64,000 nt of DNA from Candidatus Bipolaricaulota bacterium. Lineage in GTDB: Bacteria; Patescibacteriota; Patescibacteriia; UBA11705; DATKZF01. Both the position numbers and the translations under genes were made by a program. Position 1 is the first letter of the stretch. Every line of letters begins with the position of its first letter. Under the pieces are notes generated by a model. The model searched no databases, had not been told where the DNA came from, and was given only the letters and a program-made list of their open reading frames with translations. The DNA lies in contig DATKZF010000003.1 in the NCBI GenBank assembly GCA_035528115.1, positions 487,089 to 551,088 on the forward strand, given 5' to 3'. Shown piece after piece: positions 37,322-46,640 of this stretch.

Positions 37322-38674
37322 CTAGCGGTTGAGGAAGTTACGAAAAGCGTCGGTCACGACCATCTGCTCGAGGCGCTCGCCACAAGTGATGATGCCAAGC
37401 TGCGCGTCCGGGAAGTGTGAGGTCGAGGAATTTGTGACTCCAAGCAGGAAGTCCTGCGCCTCGTCCGGCAGTTGACTGAAACTTCTGGCCGCGCCCGTCC
37501 CGCTTTTCCAGCCGTTGAAATTGACAACGTCGGGCTCGCACAGGTCCCAGTCAGCAATGCGAGCGGGCGGGTACGCGAAGCGCTCGCCGCGAAGTTGCCA
37601 GGTATCCACGACCGGGATTTTAGGTTGACTGTCGAGCACGTCCAGTTTCGTAAAGCACAGGAAGTTCGGCGCGCAGAGCCGAATTCCTTGTCGAAGGAGC
37701 GGGAGATTGAGCGGGCCGCAACGTCGAGGGCGTCCGGTGGTGACGCCGAATTCCGCGCCGCGTTGTCGCAGAGACTCTCCGGTGTCGGATTTGTCTTCGC
37801 CGGGAAAAGGCCCGCCGCCGACTCTGGTGGCGTAGAGCTTGGATACTCCGATCGTGAACGCGATGTCCATTATCGTCAATCCCGCTTGCGCGATCAGGCC
37901 GGCTGCGGTCGTTGATGACGAAGTGACGTACGGGTACGTCCCGAACAGCCGATCAAGCAGAGCTCCTTGGCCCGGTTCGATCAGGCCGATGTCGCCGTTG
38001 CGTTTGATTTCATCGATTACTCGTAAGGTGTCCGTGACGCGACCGCCCAGCTTTCGGACGGAGTCAATGACATTGTCCACTTCGCATTTTTCTTCGGGCC
38101 GGCCGCAGCCGCGCAAGATGGCGTTGGCGAGGTCGTACGCCAGCTTGAGCCTCTGTTCAGCTTTGTCGCCGCTCTCAAGCAGTTCAAAGAATGTCGGTCC
38201 GACCCGGAATGCCTGCATGGCGTAGGTCGGGCCGATGCCGCTGCCCGTGGTGCCGATACGGTCATTGCCCATGAGAATTTCGATGGCCGCTTCGACCGAA
38301 CGATAGATCGGCAAAACGACTTGAGCGCGACCGTCGATCAAGGTTGGCGAGACGTTGACTCCTTGGGCGCGCAGGTCCGTCATTTCTTTTTTCAGCGCGA
38401 CTGGGTCGATGACCATGCCAGCTGCCAAAATGGCCGTGATGTCGGGATCGAACACGGCCAGCGGCAGGTAATGGCTTTTTTGGAGTCGACCGAAGCTGTC
38501 TCTGTACGAATGGCCGGCATTGCCGCCGCCATTGGGCCGAATGGCCCATTTGATGCGCGGGTTGTGGCTCTGCTTCATCAGCTGAGCCAGACGCAGAGAG
38601 ACAGACCCTTTGCCGTTGTCTCCGAACGTCAAATCGGAGAGTAAAATGAACCTGCCGCGAAGATTAGGCATCAT
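37322..38674 (-). CDS. purA: Adenylosuccinate synthetase-family protein, divergent and GC-rich
   Basis: P-loop GDNGKGS (PurA GDEGKGK), GGGNAGHS (catalytic His), TTGSGIGPTY, YATRVGGGPFP, GVTTGRPRRCG, and the GTP-specificity motif TKLD. About 62% GC, in contrast to the AT-rich promoter TTGACT-17-TAAACT upstream. Confidence 0.8.
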   Translation of the reverse strand: MMPNLRGRFILLSDLTFGDNGKGSVSLRLAQLMKQSHNPRIKWAIRPNGGGNAGHSYRDSFGRLQKSHYLPLAVFDPDITAILAAGMVIDPVALKKEMTDLRAQGVNVSPTLIDGRAQVVLPIYRSVEAAIEILMGNDRIGTTGSGIGPTYAMQAFRVGPTFFELLESGDKAEQRLKLAYDLANAILRGCGRPEEKCEVDNVIDSVRKLGGRVTDTLRVIDEIKRNGDIGLIEPGQGALLDRLFGTYPYVTSSSTTAAGLIAQAGLTIMDIAFTIGVSKLYATRVGGGPFPGEDKSDTGESLRQRGAEFGVTTGRPRRCGPLNLPLLRQGIRLCAPNFLCFTKLDVLDSQPKIPVVDTWQLRGERFAYPPARIADWDLCEPDVVNFNGWKSGTGAARSFSQLPDEAQDFLLGVTNSSTSHFPDAQLGIITCGERLEQMVVTDAFRNFLNR

Positions 38675-38751
38675 GGCCTCTCTTTCTTTGTATGTCATTG
38701 CCCATGGAAAGTTTAGAAGCTTTGAGGAGAAAAGTCAATCATTGCGCAATT

Positions 38752-38784
38752 AAAAAACAAGCCCTATTTTAGGGCCTGTTTTTG
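38752..38784. terminator. Bidirectional hairpin GCCCT-atttt-AGGGC with flanking A and T runs
   Basis: Lies between the convergent 3' end of 38801-39403 and the promoter region of the purA-like gene. Confidence 0.45.
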
Positions 38785-38800
38785 ATATATTGAGCTTTTT

Positions 38801-39403
38801 TTACGCTTCCGGGTATTTGGTGATATCGATTATTTTGCCGTCGTCATCCATTAAGATAATGACTGTCGGCTCCATGTCAGTGTCATTGGGAAAGGCTTGA
38901 ACTTCCCACATGTAATGATAATCAAGTCCGTTATATCTCAGCAAAGAAACGATCACTATCGCGTCCGGGTTGGCCGCTTTGAAAGCGTCGATTTCGCTTT
39001 TAGCCAGATTATAGATGGCCGGGCTGTCGGTCTTTAAGGCTTCGCCGCCTTGCTGTTCATAAGAACATTCGCCTTGATCGGTCGAGCTGACGACCATTTC
39101 TTGCTTGACCGTCAGATATTTGATTTTGTTTTGCGATGGCGAGCAATAGTAGAAGAACCAAGCGTTGCTCGTGCCTTCTTCATTGAGCGGCGATTGAAAA
39201 GTCTTTTCCACGACCGCGTCGGACGCCCATTTTTTCGCTTCAAGGTCGGCGACTTTTTTGGCTTCCAAGATGGTCATCATGGTTTTTCCCGGAGTCACCA
39301 CTTCAGGTTGCGCTGTTTTGTTTACAACCGGAGTTTTTTCGGCGCAAGCCGCTCCCGAAAGAACCAGAGCCGCCATTGCTAAAACGAAAATTGCTTTTTT
39401 CAT
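38801..39403 (-). CDS. Secreted protein of unknown function (signal peptide, predicted AXA-type cleavage)
   Basis: N-terminal MKKAIFVLAMAALVLSGAACA signal peptide followed by a small acidic domain. Confidence 0.45.
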   Translation of the reverse strand: MKKAIFVLAMAALVLSGAACAEKTPVVNKTAQPEVVTPGKTMMTILEAKKVADLEAKKWASDAVVEKTFQSPLNEEGTSNAWFFYYCSPSQNKIKYLTVKQEMVVSSTDQGECSYEQQGGEALKTDSPAIYNLAKSEIDAFKAANPDAIVIVSLLRYNGLDYHYMWEVQAFPNDTDMEPTVIILMDDDGKIIDITKYPEA

Positions 39404-39406
39404 AGT

Positions 39407-40390
39407 TTATTCGTTAATTATTAACCCTATGTTTTTTTTGACTCTCGCTAATGTTTTTTCGGATATTTTTTTCGCTTCGCGCAAGCCTTGTCCCAGAATT
39501 TTTTGCGCTTCTTTATCATCGACGTTTCTCATTCTTTCTTGAATCGGAACCAGGAATTCTATGATTTTTTCAGCCAAATCTTTTTTGAATTCCGAATAAG
39601 CCGCGCCTTTGTACTTTTTTTCAATTTCTTTGATTTCTTCCCCGGAAACCAGATGGTAAATGGTCAGCAAGTTTGAAAGCGCGGGTTTGTCTTTGGCATA
39701 AACGATGTCAGAACCGGAATCAGTGACCGCTTTCATTATTTTTTTTCTGACGACTTCCGGCGTATCGGTCATGGCGATGTAATTCAATTCGGATTTGGCG
39801 GACTTGCTCATTTTTTGGGTCGGATCGTCAAGTCCCATGACGCGAGCGCCTAATTTCGGCACGATCGGTTCGGGAATTTTGAAGGTGTCGCCGTAAATTT
39901 TATTGAATTTTTTGGCGATTGTTCTGGTCAATTCCACGTGCTGGATTTGGTCCTCTCCCACGGGCACGACATCAGTGCCATAGAGTAAAATGTCGGCCGC
40001 CATCAGCACCGGATAATCAAACAGGCCGGTATTGATGTTTTCTTTGTGCTTTTGGGACTTGTCTTTGAATTGCGTCATGCGCTCCAGCTCGGCCATTGGC
40101 GTGATGGTGTTTAATATCCAGGCCAGCTCGGCGTGCTCAGGCGCTTGCGATTGAATGAACAGTGAGCATTTTTTAGGATCAAGGCCGGCGGCGAGATAGA
40201 GCTTTGCCAAATTATAGGTATTTCTTTTCAGCTTTTCCGGATCTTGATAAACCGTCAAAGCATGCAAATCAACGATGCAAAACAAACAATCATACTCATT
40301 GATGAATTTGATCCAATTTTTGATGGCGCCGAAATAATTGCCCAGATGAATTACGCCGCTCGGCTGAATGCCGCTGAAGACTCTTTTCAT
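39407..40390 (-). CDS. trpS: Tryptophan--tRNA ligase
   Basis: Class I N-terminal GIQPSGVIHLGNYFGA and KMSKS. Confidence 0.9.
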   Translation of the reverse strand: MKRVFSGIQPSGVIHLGNYFGAIKNWIKFINEYDCLFCIVDLHALTVYQDPEKLKRNTYNLAKLYLAAGLDPKKCSLFIQSQAPEHAELAWILNTITPMAELERMTQFKDKSQKHKENINTGLFDYPVLMAADILLYGTDVVPVGEDQIQHVELTRTIAKKFNKIYGDTFKIPEPIVPKLGARVMGLDDPTQKMSKSAKSELNYIAMTDTPEVVRKKIMKAVTDSGSDIVYAKDKPALSNLLTIYHLVSGEEIKEIEKKYKGAAYSEFKKDLAEKIIEFLVPIQERMRNVDDKEAQKILGQGLREAKKISEKTLARVKKNIGLIINE

Positions 40391-40394
40391 ATTA

Positions 40395-40612
40395 CGAATT
40401 ATTACTTCTAATAAGCTAGCCTTGGTTTTAGGTTTTGTGAATCGTTACGAATGATTACAAATACGTTTATGTTACGAATTACAATATTCTATTTAGCTTT
40501 CAGGTTATTTGTTACGAATTACAATATTCTCAGGCATAAAGCTATAGGTGAATGTAATTTGGAAAAATGCTCCATGATACGTGATCCATGATCTATGGTA
40601 ACGTCTCGTAAT
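40395..40612. repeat. Intergenic array of GTTACGAAT(G)ATTACAA repeat units, plus an inverted copy of the 42-nt repeat ACAAATAACCTGAAAGCTAAATAGAATATTGTAATTCGTAAC and an inverted partial ATCATGGATCAC head
   Basis: The GTTACGAATTACAAT motif occurs twice in tandem (40493, 40523). The 42-nt stretch at 40480-40535 is the reverse complement, with 2 mismatches, of 17080-17124. The stretch 40565-40612 is the reverse complement of the head of the repeat at 26380. Confidence 0.6.
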
Positions 40613-40650
40613 AATATTTTACCAAATCCAAGCCTCATTTGTCGAGGAAA

Positions 40651-42384
40651 TTAAACTTCAATGACCACGGGCAAAATCATGGGTCGGCGTTTGGTTTTTT
40701 TGAACAAAAACGCGCCGATTTCATTTCTCAGCCTGTTCTTTATGTCATTGGCATCTGCCGGAGTGTTGTCGTTGTTGTCCTTGGCTATTTTTTTCACCAG
40801 CGCGCGAGCCGCTTCGACCAATTCTTTGCTTTCTTTCATGTAAATGAAGCCTCTGGAAATAATATCCGGACTGCCGATCAGCGCGCCCGATCTTTTGCTG
40901 AGGGTGGCGATGACGACAAACATGCCGTCTTCCGACATTTGTCGGCGATCGCGCAAAACTATATTGCTGACGTCGCCCACGCCCAGTCCGTCAACCATGA
41001 CGTATTCGGTGGGCACTCGTTCTTTGGTCAGATTTCCCTTGGCTTGCCCGCCTTGTCTGGCGAATTCAATCACTTGGCCGTTATCGGCCACCAGAATGTT
41101 TTCTTTGGGCATGCCCAGTTGTTCGGCTATGTCGGCGTTGGCTTTGAGCATGTAGTGATTGGCTTCGATTGGGATATAATATTCGGGTTTCAATAATCTG
41201 ATCATCATTTTCAAGTCTTCTTGCATGGCGTGTCCGCCGGCGTGGACATCCATCAATTGGTAATGATAAACCTTGGCGCCTTGTCTGGCGAAGGTATCCT
41301 TTAAGCTTTGGATGGTCCTTTCATTTCCGGGAATGACCGAAGAAGAGAAAATAATCGTATCGCCTTTGGCCACGGTCAGGAATCGATGATCGTTGTTGGC
41401 GATTCTCATCAAAACGGCATTGCTTTCTCCTTGCGCGCCGGTGCCGACGATCACTTGCTTGCTCTGCGGCAATTTCATGAAGTCATTTTGTTCGACAATG
41501 GTGCCGGGTTTTATTTTCATGTAGCCAAGTTCGGTGGCGATGTCGACGTTGGAGATCATACTGCGGCCGTCGAGATAAATTTTTCTGCCGAGCTTTTCGC
41601 AAATACTGATGATTTGCTGAACGCGATTTAATGACGAAGCGAATGTGCCCACGATAATTCTGCCCGGCGCGTCCGCGAATATTTTGCTGATATCTTCCGA
41701 TACTTTGCTTTCGGAAATTTGATAACCCGGTTTTTCCGCGTTGGTGCTGTCCGCCATCAACGCCATTACGCCTCTGGCGCCGAATTGGGCGATGCGGTTC
41801 AAATCCGCGGGCTTGTCGTTGATCGGGTTAAAGTCGATTTTAAAATCTCCCGTGTGAATGATATTGCCGACCGGCGTCGAAATGAACACGCCGAAGCTGT
41901 CCGGGATATTGTGATTGACTCTGAAAAATTCGACTTTGAATTTGCCCAGCTGAATGGCGTCCTTTTCCGGATCCACCATTTGAATATTGAGTTTGCCGGT
42001 GTGAAATTCTTCATGCCGTTTTTGAATGATGCCGGCCGTGAGCTTGGCCGTATAGATGGTGGGGTTGCCGAGCTCGGGAATAAGATAAGAAACGGCCCCA
42101 ATGTGATCATAATGGCCGTGAGTGATTATCACTCCTTTGATTTTTTTCACTTTGTCTTTCAAATAAGTGATGTCGGGAATGATAAAATCAATGCCCGGCA
42201 TGTTTTCTTCCGGGAATTGCAAACCAAGGTCAATGATAATAATGTCATTGCCGTACTCGATCGCGGTCATGTTGCGGCCGACTTCTTCGAGTCCGCCGAG
42301 CACGATGAGCCGCAGTTTGTTTAAGCTGGGTCTGGGGACCCATCTTTTTCTGGCAGAAGGGGCCTGTGTTGTTTTTTGTCTCAT
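40651..42384 (-). CDS. rnj: Ribonuclease J (metallo-beta-lactamase, beta-CASP)
   Basis: HGHYDHIGA motif, beta-CASP region and C-terminal domain; 577 aa. Confidence 0.9.
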   Translation of the reverse strand: MRQKTTQAPSARKRWVPRPSLNKLRLIVLGGLEEVGRNMTAIEYGNDIIIIDLGLQFPEENMPGIDFIIPDITYLKDKVKKIKGVIITHGHYDHIGAVSYLIPELGNPTIYTAKLTAGIIQKRHEEFHTGKLNIQMVDPEKDAIQLGKFKVEFFRVNHNIPDSFGVFISTPVGNIIHTGDFKIDFNPINDKPADLNRIAQFGARGVMALMADSTNAEKPGYQISESKVSEDISKIFADAPGRIIVGTFASSLNRVQQIISICEKLGRKIYLDGRSMISNVDIATELGYMKIKPGTIVEQNDFMKLPQSKQVIVGTGAQGESNAVLMRIANNDHRFLTVAKGDTIIFSSSVIPGNERTIQSLKDTFARQGAKVYHYQLMDVHAGGHAMQEDLKMMIRLLKPEYYIPIEANHYMLKANADIAEQLGMPKENILVADNGQVIEFARQGGQAKGNLTKERVPTEYVMVDGLGVGDVSNIVLRDRRQMSEDGMFVVIATLSKRSGALIGSPDIISRGFIYMKESKELVEAARALVKKIAKDNNDNTPADANDIKNRLRNEIGAFLFKKTKRRPMILPVVIEV

Positions 42385-42561
42385 AATGTTTTTTATGGAA
42401 GTTAAATAATTACAAATAATTAAATCCGTTAGGACAAGCTTGATTTTGGTTCTAAGAATTAATTACAAATAGTTACGAACAAACAAATTTATAAATTAGG
42501 AAAGTAATAAGTAATTGAAAAGGTGGTAGCTGTTTAGGTGGCTATCTAAAAAGCTAAGAAG

Positions 42562-44421
42562 CTACTGGTTTGAAGATTTCCATTTCCTCTTCGTGTTGAC
42601 GTACCATTCGCTGATTTTAGCGAAGCGATGCGCCGGAGTGATAATTTGATGAGTGGTCAGCCCGTTGATTTTTTTGCTTACCGGATAAGTGTAGGTGGTA
42701 TTGAACAAGAAAATCGCCGGAGCTTCTTCCGTAAGTATTTTTTGGAATTCAATATAATTTGTTTCCCGCTCTTTCGGATCCGTTACCGATCTGGCGTCTT
42801 CCAGGAATTTGTCGGCTTTCGCGTTTTTAAAGCAAGACAAGTTAAGTCCCGGATGCTTGCATTGGTCCGAATGCCAAAACGGAAACGGATCGGGGTCTTG
42901 CCCCAGAATTTCTCCGTAAAGCAGCATTTGATATGAGCGATCTTTGATGACGTTTTTTTGAATTTCATTGACGTCCAGAATATTGAGGTTTACTTTGACG
43001 CCGATTTGTTGCCAATACTGTTGAATATGCTTGGAGATTTTTTCGAAATCGGTTTGATTGGGCGCGGTGAGCGTAAATTCAAGGTATTCAGCGCCTTTTT
43101 TTCTGACTTGAAACGGATACGCTTGCTCGGAATCCTCGTTTTGATAATCGGTCAGCGCCCAACCCGCGTCATCCAGGATTTTTTTAGCTTGCTCGATGTT
43201 GAAGTCGTATTTTTTGATATCTTCGGTATAGCCGATATAGCCGGGCAGAATCGGGCTGTCAATAACAACGGCTGAGCCGGCGTAAACCGCTTCGGCCAGT
43301 TGCGGCTTGTCAATGGCATAGGCCAGCGCCTGTCTGATGTTTTTTTCTTTCAACGTTTTGTTGTCTCCGCCGACGTTTATGAAAATGGAAACATATTGCG
43401 GCAATGCGAACTCATTGAAATTAAGCCCTCGATTATTGAAAATTTCGGATTTGTATTTTTCGGGCAAGTAGCTGATGCCTTCGATTTTTTTGTTGTTGAT
43501 CGCGTCAATGGCGGAATTGAAATCCGGATAAAATTTAAAAGTTAATTTATCGATCAAAGGCGAAGTCCCATGGTACAAGTCATTTCTGATCAAGCTGACG
43601 CTTTTGAGCGAGCCGTTGGTTTCTTTGGTCAAAGATTTTATTTTGTAAGGCCCGCTGCCCACCGCCTTCAAATTCGCCTCGGCCAAATTGGTGTTGCCCG
43701 CGGGAATGTCCAGCCAGACATGTTCGGGCAAGATGCCGAAAGTCAGGGATTCCGCAAAGGGCGCGAAAGGATTTTCCAGCTTGAATTTTATGGTGGAGTC
43801 ATCTATTTTTTCCGTGGTGACGCCGGCAAAGTTGAAAATCAGAGGGCTTTTCGTTTGTGGATCCTTGATTCTTTCAATGGTGAAAATCACGTCGTCGGCC
43901 GTGAGTTTTTCGCGGTCATCCCAATATAAGTCAGGTTTTAATTTAAGAGTATATTCTTTTTGATCTTCGCTGATTGTCATGTTTTCTGCCAAGTCATTGG
44001 CCAGGACCTGTCCGGGTTCGAATTTCAAAAGTCCGGAAAATAGTAAAAAAGAAAGATCCAGGTCGACATCGTTTGTCTGCGCGAGAATCGGGTTGATGTA
44101 TTTCGGCGCTCCCACCAATCCTTCCGTGTATTCGCCTCCGGGAGCCGCGACCAGTTCTGAATGAGTCATATAAACGTTGCCGGCCAAAGTCAGCCCGCAA
44201 ATCGTCAAAACGCCCAGAAGAATTTTTATCGCCATTGATTCTTTTTTGGAAAAAAACTTGGAGATGTATTTCAATTGTTTTAAAGACGGAACCGCTTTTG
44301 ATTTATTCAAATCTTGCACCAGCTTTTGATCGATCTGGGTTTGATATTGCGCTTGTTTCAGCCGTTCCCGGCGTTTTTTATCGTTTTTACCACGATAAAA
44401 TTTGTGAAAAAAAACATTCAC
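42562..44421 (-). CDS. ABC transporter substrate-binding protein, family 5 (peptide/nickel, OppA/DppA-like), membrane-anchored
   Basis: N-terminal TM anchor, then an SBP family-5 fold pattern (about 560 aa extracellular). Confidence 0.7.
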   Translation of the reverse strand: MNVFFHKFYRGKNDKKRRERLKQAQYQTQIDQKLVQDLNKSKAVPSLKQLKYISKFFSKKESMAIKILLGVLTICGLTLAGNVYMTHSELVAAPGGEYTEGLVGAPKYINPILAQTNDVDLDLSFLLFSGLLKFEPGQVLANDLAENMTISEDQKEYTLKLKPDLYWDDREKLTADDVIFTIERIKDPQTKSPLIFNFAGVTTEKIDDSTIKFKLENPFAPFAESLTFGILPEHVWLDIPAGNTNLAEANLKAVGSGPYKIKSLTKETNGSLKSVSLIRNDLYHGTSPLIDKLTFKFYPDFNSAIDAINNKKIEGISYLPEKYKSEIFNNRGLNFNEFALPQYVSIFINVGGDNKTLKEKNIRQALAYAIDKPQLAEAVYAGSAVVIDSPILPGYIGYTEDIKKYDFNIEQAKKILDDAGWALTDYQNEDSEQAYPFQVRKKGAEYLEFTLTAPNQTDFEKISKHIQQYWQQIGVKVNLNILDVNEIQKNVIKDRSYQMLLYGEILGQDPDPFPFWHSDQCKHPGLNLSCFKNAKADKFLEDARSVTDPKERETNYIEFQKILTEEAPAIFLFNTTYTYPVSKKINGLTTHQIITPAHRFAKISEWYVNTKRKWKSSNQ

Positions 44422-44438
44422 AAAGTGTCAGTTTATTT

Positions 44439-44660
44439 TTAGAGAATGATTTGAAGGAAAGATGTTCCCAGGAACAGTATCGATAGAGCGATGGTGAGAT
44501 TGAATAAAGTTTTTTCAATGCCTCGCTTGGTTCTGTACACGGCGCCGCTGCCTCCGAATACTCCGGAAAGGCCGCTGCCGCGATTTTGCAATAAAATAAC
44601 GATCATCAGCAAAACGCTGATAACCATTTGCGAGATAATGATTATGTTTGAGTAATTCAT
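44439..44660 (-). CDS. secG: Preprotein translocase subunit SecG
   Basis: LLQNRGSGLSGVFGGSG signature between two TM helices; 73 aa. Confidence 0.8.
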   Translation of the reverse strand: MNYSNIIIISQMVISVLLMIVILLQNRGSGLSGVFGGSGAVYRTKRGIEKTLFNLTIALSILFLGTSFLQIIL

Positions 44661-44755
44661 ATGATATTGACAGCATATATTGAAAACGCGTTTTTGTCAA
44701 TAAGGTGAAAAAACGGTTTTGGGGAACTTTTTAAAAAGTGCTATAATATCAACTG

Positions 44756-45439
44756 ATGAATACCGAACAAAAATTGCGTGACAGACAGTGGTTTAAGTTG
44801 GCCATGATTGTATTGGGCGTTTTTTTAGTCATCATGCTTGTCGAATTGAAATTGCATAATCCTTTCGAAAAAATCAAATTGATAAATCAATCGTCGAATG
44901 AGGAAATTCTCGACATGACGAGCGTAGTTACTTCAAGCGATCCTTTCCTGGGCAATGAACAAGCCAAAATTCAAATAGTCGAATTCGGAGATTTCGCTTG
45001 TCCGTATTGCCGGCAGGCCGCGCCGATCATGCGATCATTGATGGCCGAGTATCAGGATAAGGTTTTTTTTCAATTCAGGGATTATCCGGTGGTGACGACC
45101 GAGTCGATGTGGCTGGCCATGGCCGCGGATTGCGCTGACGAGCAGAATAAATTTTGGGCTTTCTCGGACAAGCTTTTTCAAAATCAAGGAGAGGTCAGTG
45201 AAGAAACCATTTATAATTTGGCGAAAAGCGTAGGCTTAGCCACGGACAGATTTAAAAATTGTTTGACAACACAGAAATATAAAAGCGAGGTGGTCGAAGA
45301 TTTCAATGACGGAGAAGCTTTGAAAATTGAAGGCACGCCCACTTTTTTCATTAACGGCAGAAAAGTCAAAGGCGTCCCGGACGCCGAAATTTGGAGAAGT
45401 CTTTTGGATGAGCTGATCTCCTTATATGAAGAAAATTAA
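44756..45439 (+). CDS. DsbA-family thiol:disulfide oxidoreductase, membrane-anchored
   Basis: N-terminal TM helix and a thioredoxin fold with CPYC active site. Confidence 0.75.
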   Translation: MNTEQKLRDRQWFKLAMIVLGVFLVIMLVELKLHNPFEKIKLINQSSNEEILDMTSVVTSSDPFLGNEQAKIQIVEFGDFACPYCRQAAPIMRSLMAEYQDKVFFQFRDYPVVTTESMWLAMAADCADEQNKFWAFSDKLFQNQGEVSEETIYNLAKSVGLATDRFKNCLTTQKYKSEVVEDFNDGEALKIEGTPTFFINGRKVKGVPDAEIWRSLLDELISLYEEN

Positions 45440-45986
45440 TATGAGAGAAATAAGAATACACGGTCGAGGCGGACAAGGCACGGTGACCGCGGCGGAACTT
45501 TTGGCCATGGCGATTTTTCATGACGGCAAATATTCCCAAGCATTTCCATTTTTTGGCGTGGAGCGCCGAGGCGCGCCCGTTGAAGCTTACGTTAGAATAG
45601 ATGATAAGCCGATCAGATTGCGCAGTCAGGTTTATGCCCCCTGTTTTTTAATAATTATGGATATGAGTTTGGCCGAATTGCCGCAAGTGTTTCATGGAGT
45701 GAAAAAAGACGCTATGGTTTTGGTCAACAGCGAAAAAAAATTGAAATTAAAAAATTTCAAAGTTTTTAATGTGCCGGCCACGTCCATTGCCTTGGAAGCC
45801 ATGGGCAATCCGCTTTTGATAAACACTTCTTTAATGGCCGCTTTCGCCGCCATCACCGGTTTGGTCAAATTCGATTCTTTGGTCGAAGCGGTCAAAGACA
45901 GGCTCGCGCATAAAGGCGAAGAGGTGATTAAAAAAAATATCATTGCCATGAAGGTGGCGAAGAAATATATTGAGGAGAGCTTGTAG
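45426..45986 (+). CDS. porG: Pyruvate/2-oxoacid:ferredoxin oxidoreductase gamma subunit
   Basis: IRIHGRGGQGTVTAAELLAMA...FGVERRGAPV. Confidence 0.8.
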   Translation: MKKINMREIRIHGRGGQGTVTAAELLAMAIFHDGKYSQAFPFFGVERRGAPVEAYVRIDDKPIRLRSQVYAPCFLIIMDMSLAELPQVFHGVKKDAMVLVNSEKKLKLKNFKVFNVPATSIALEAMGNPLLINTSLMAAFAAITGLVKFDSLVEAVKDRLAHKGEEVIKKNIIAMKVAKKYIEESL

Positions 45987-46040
45987 CTGGTAGGGTGTAG
46001 CTGGTTAGGTGGCTACCTAATAACCTAATAAGCTACAAGC
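45979..46040. repeat. Imperfect palindromic element GCTTGTAGC...TTAGGTGGCTACCTAA...GCTACAAGC filling the porG-porD intergenic region (GCTTGTAGC/TAGGTGGC family)
   Basis: It starts inside the last codons of porG. Related copies are at 42519-42567 and, split around a cargo gene, at 47741-47760 and 48136-48157. Confidence 0.65.
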
Positions 46041-46047
46041 TAATATT

Positions 46048-46326
46048 ATGAAGAACAAATTATCCACAAAACCCGGCACAACCAAATTGAACAATACGGG
46101 CGATTGGCGGACTTATAAGCCGGTGGTTGATCATAAGCGTTGTATCGCCTGCGGCGTTTGTTCCCGCGTTTGTCCGGAAGGGTGCATTTTTTCAGTGGGA
46201 GAAAAAATGCTTCAAAAAGGCGGTAAAGTTTTTTTCGAACACGATTTGGACTATTGCAAGGGCTGCGGTATTTGCGCGGAAGAGTGTCCGGTCAAGTGCA
46301 TTGAGATGGTTCGGGATAAATCATGA
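46048..46326 (+). CDS. porD: 2-oxoacid:ferredoxin oxidoreductase delta subunit (2x[4Fe-4S] ferredoxin)
   Basis: CIACGVCSRVCP and CKGCGICAEECP cluster motifs. Confidence 0.8.
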   Translation: MKNKLSTKPGTTKLNNTGDWRTYKPVVDHKRCIACGVCSRVCPEGCIFSVGEKMLQKGGKVFFEHDLDYCKGCGICAEECPVKCIEMVRDKS

Positions 46327-46547
46327 ATCATGGATCATGAAACGAAAGAATATGAGACAGAAAGACAGAGAAACAAGGCCGACGCTGTTGTCATCTCGAC
46401 CTCTCGACCTTGCTCGGGGCAGGCCGAAGCGGAGAGATCTTTTCCTAATTCTTCGGAATAGATTTCTCCAACCCCAATTTTTCCGCCAAAGGCGGATCCG
46501 CCTCGGGCGGATAATTTCCGGTTTCCGGTTTCCGGTTTCTCATTACC
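46322..46547. repeat. Dispersed intergenic repeat, copy B (with insertions), upstream of porA
   Basis: Same core as 26380-26604; it carries an extra (TTTCCGG)x3 tract. Confidence 0.65.
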
Positions 46548-46569
46548 ATACATCACATTTGTAACTATT

Positions 46570-46588
46570 CCTGCCTGCGGCAGGCAGG
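46570..46588. repeat. Palindrome CCTGCCTGC-g-GCAGGCAGG (second copy, CCTGCCTGCCGGCAGGCAGG, at 34559-34578)
   Basis: Read directly; the two copies share an identical 9-bp arm. Confidence 0.6.
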
Positions 46589-46640
46589 CGTAAAAAAATA
46601 AGGCAAAGGCAAGCTAATTAGTTTTAAGAATTCGTAACGT

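Noticed and set aside
37322-38698. Possibility that the PurA-family gene is a phage PurZ (2-aminoadenine pathway)
   Set aside because: The catalytic Asp (GDNGKGS) and His (GGGNAGHS) and the guanine-specifying TKLD motif are all retained. Without a phylogeny I cannot support PurZ, so it is reported as a divergent PurA.
40639-41196. 185-aa plus-strand ORF overlapping RNase J
   Set aside because: It is antisense to a conserved metallo-beta-lactamase/beta-CASP gene and has no independent support.
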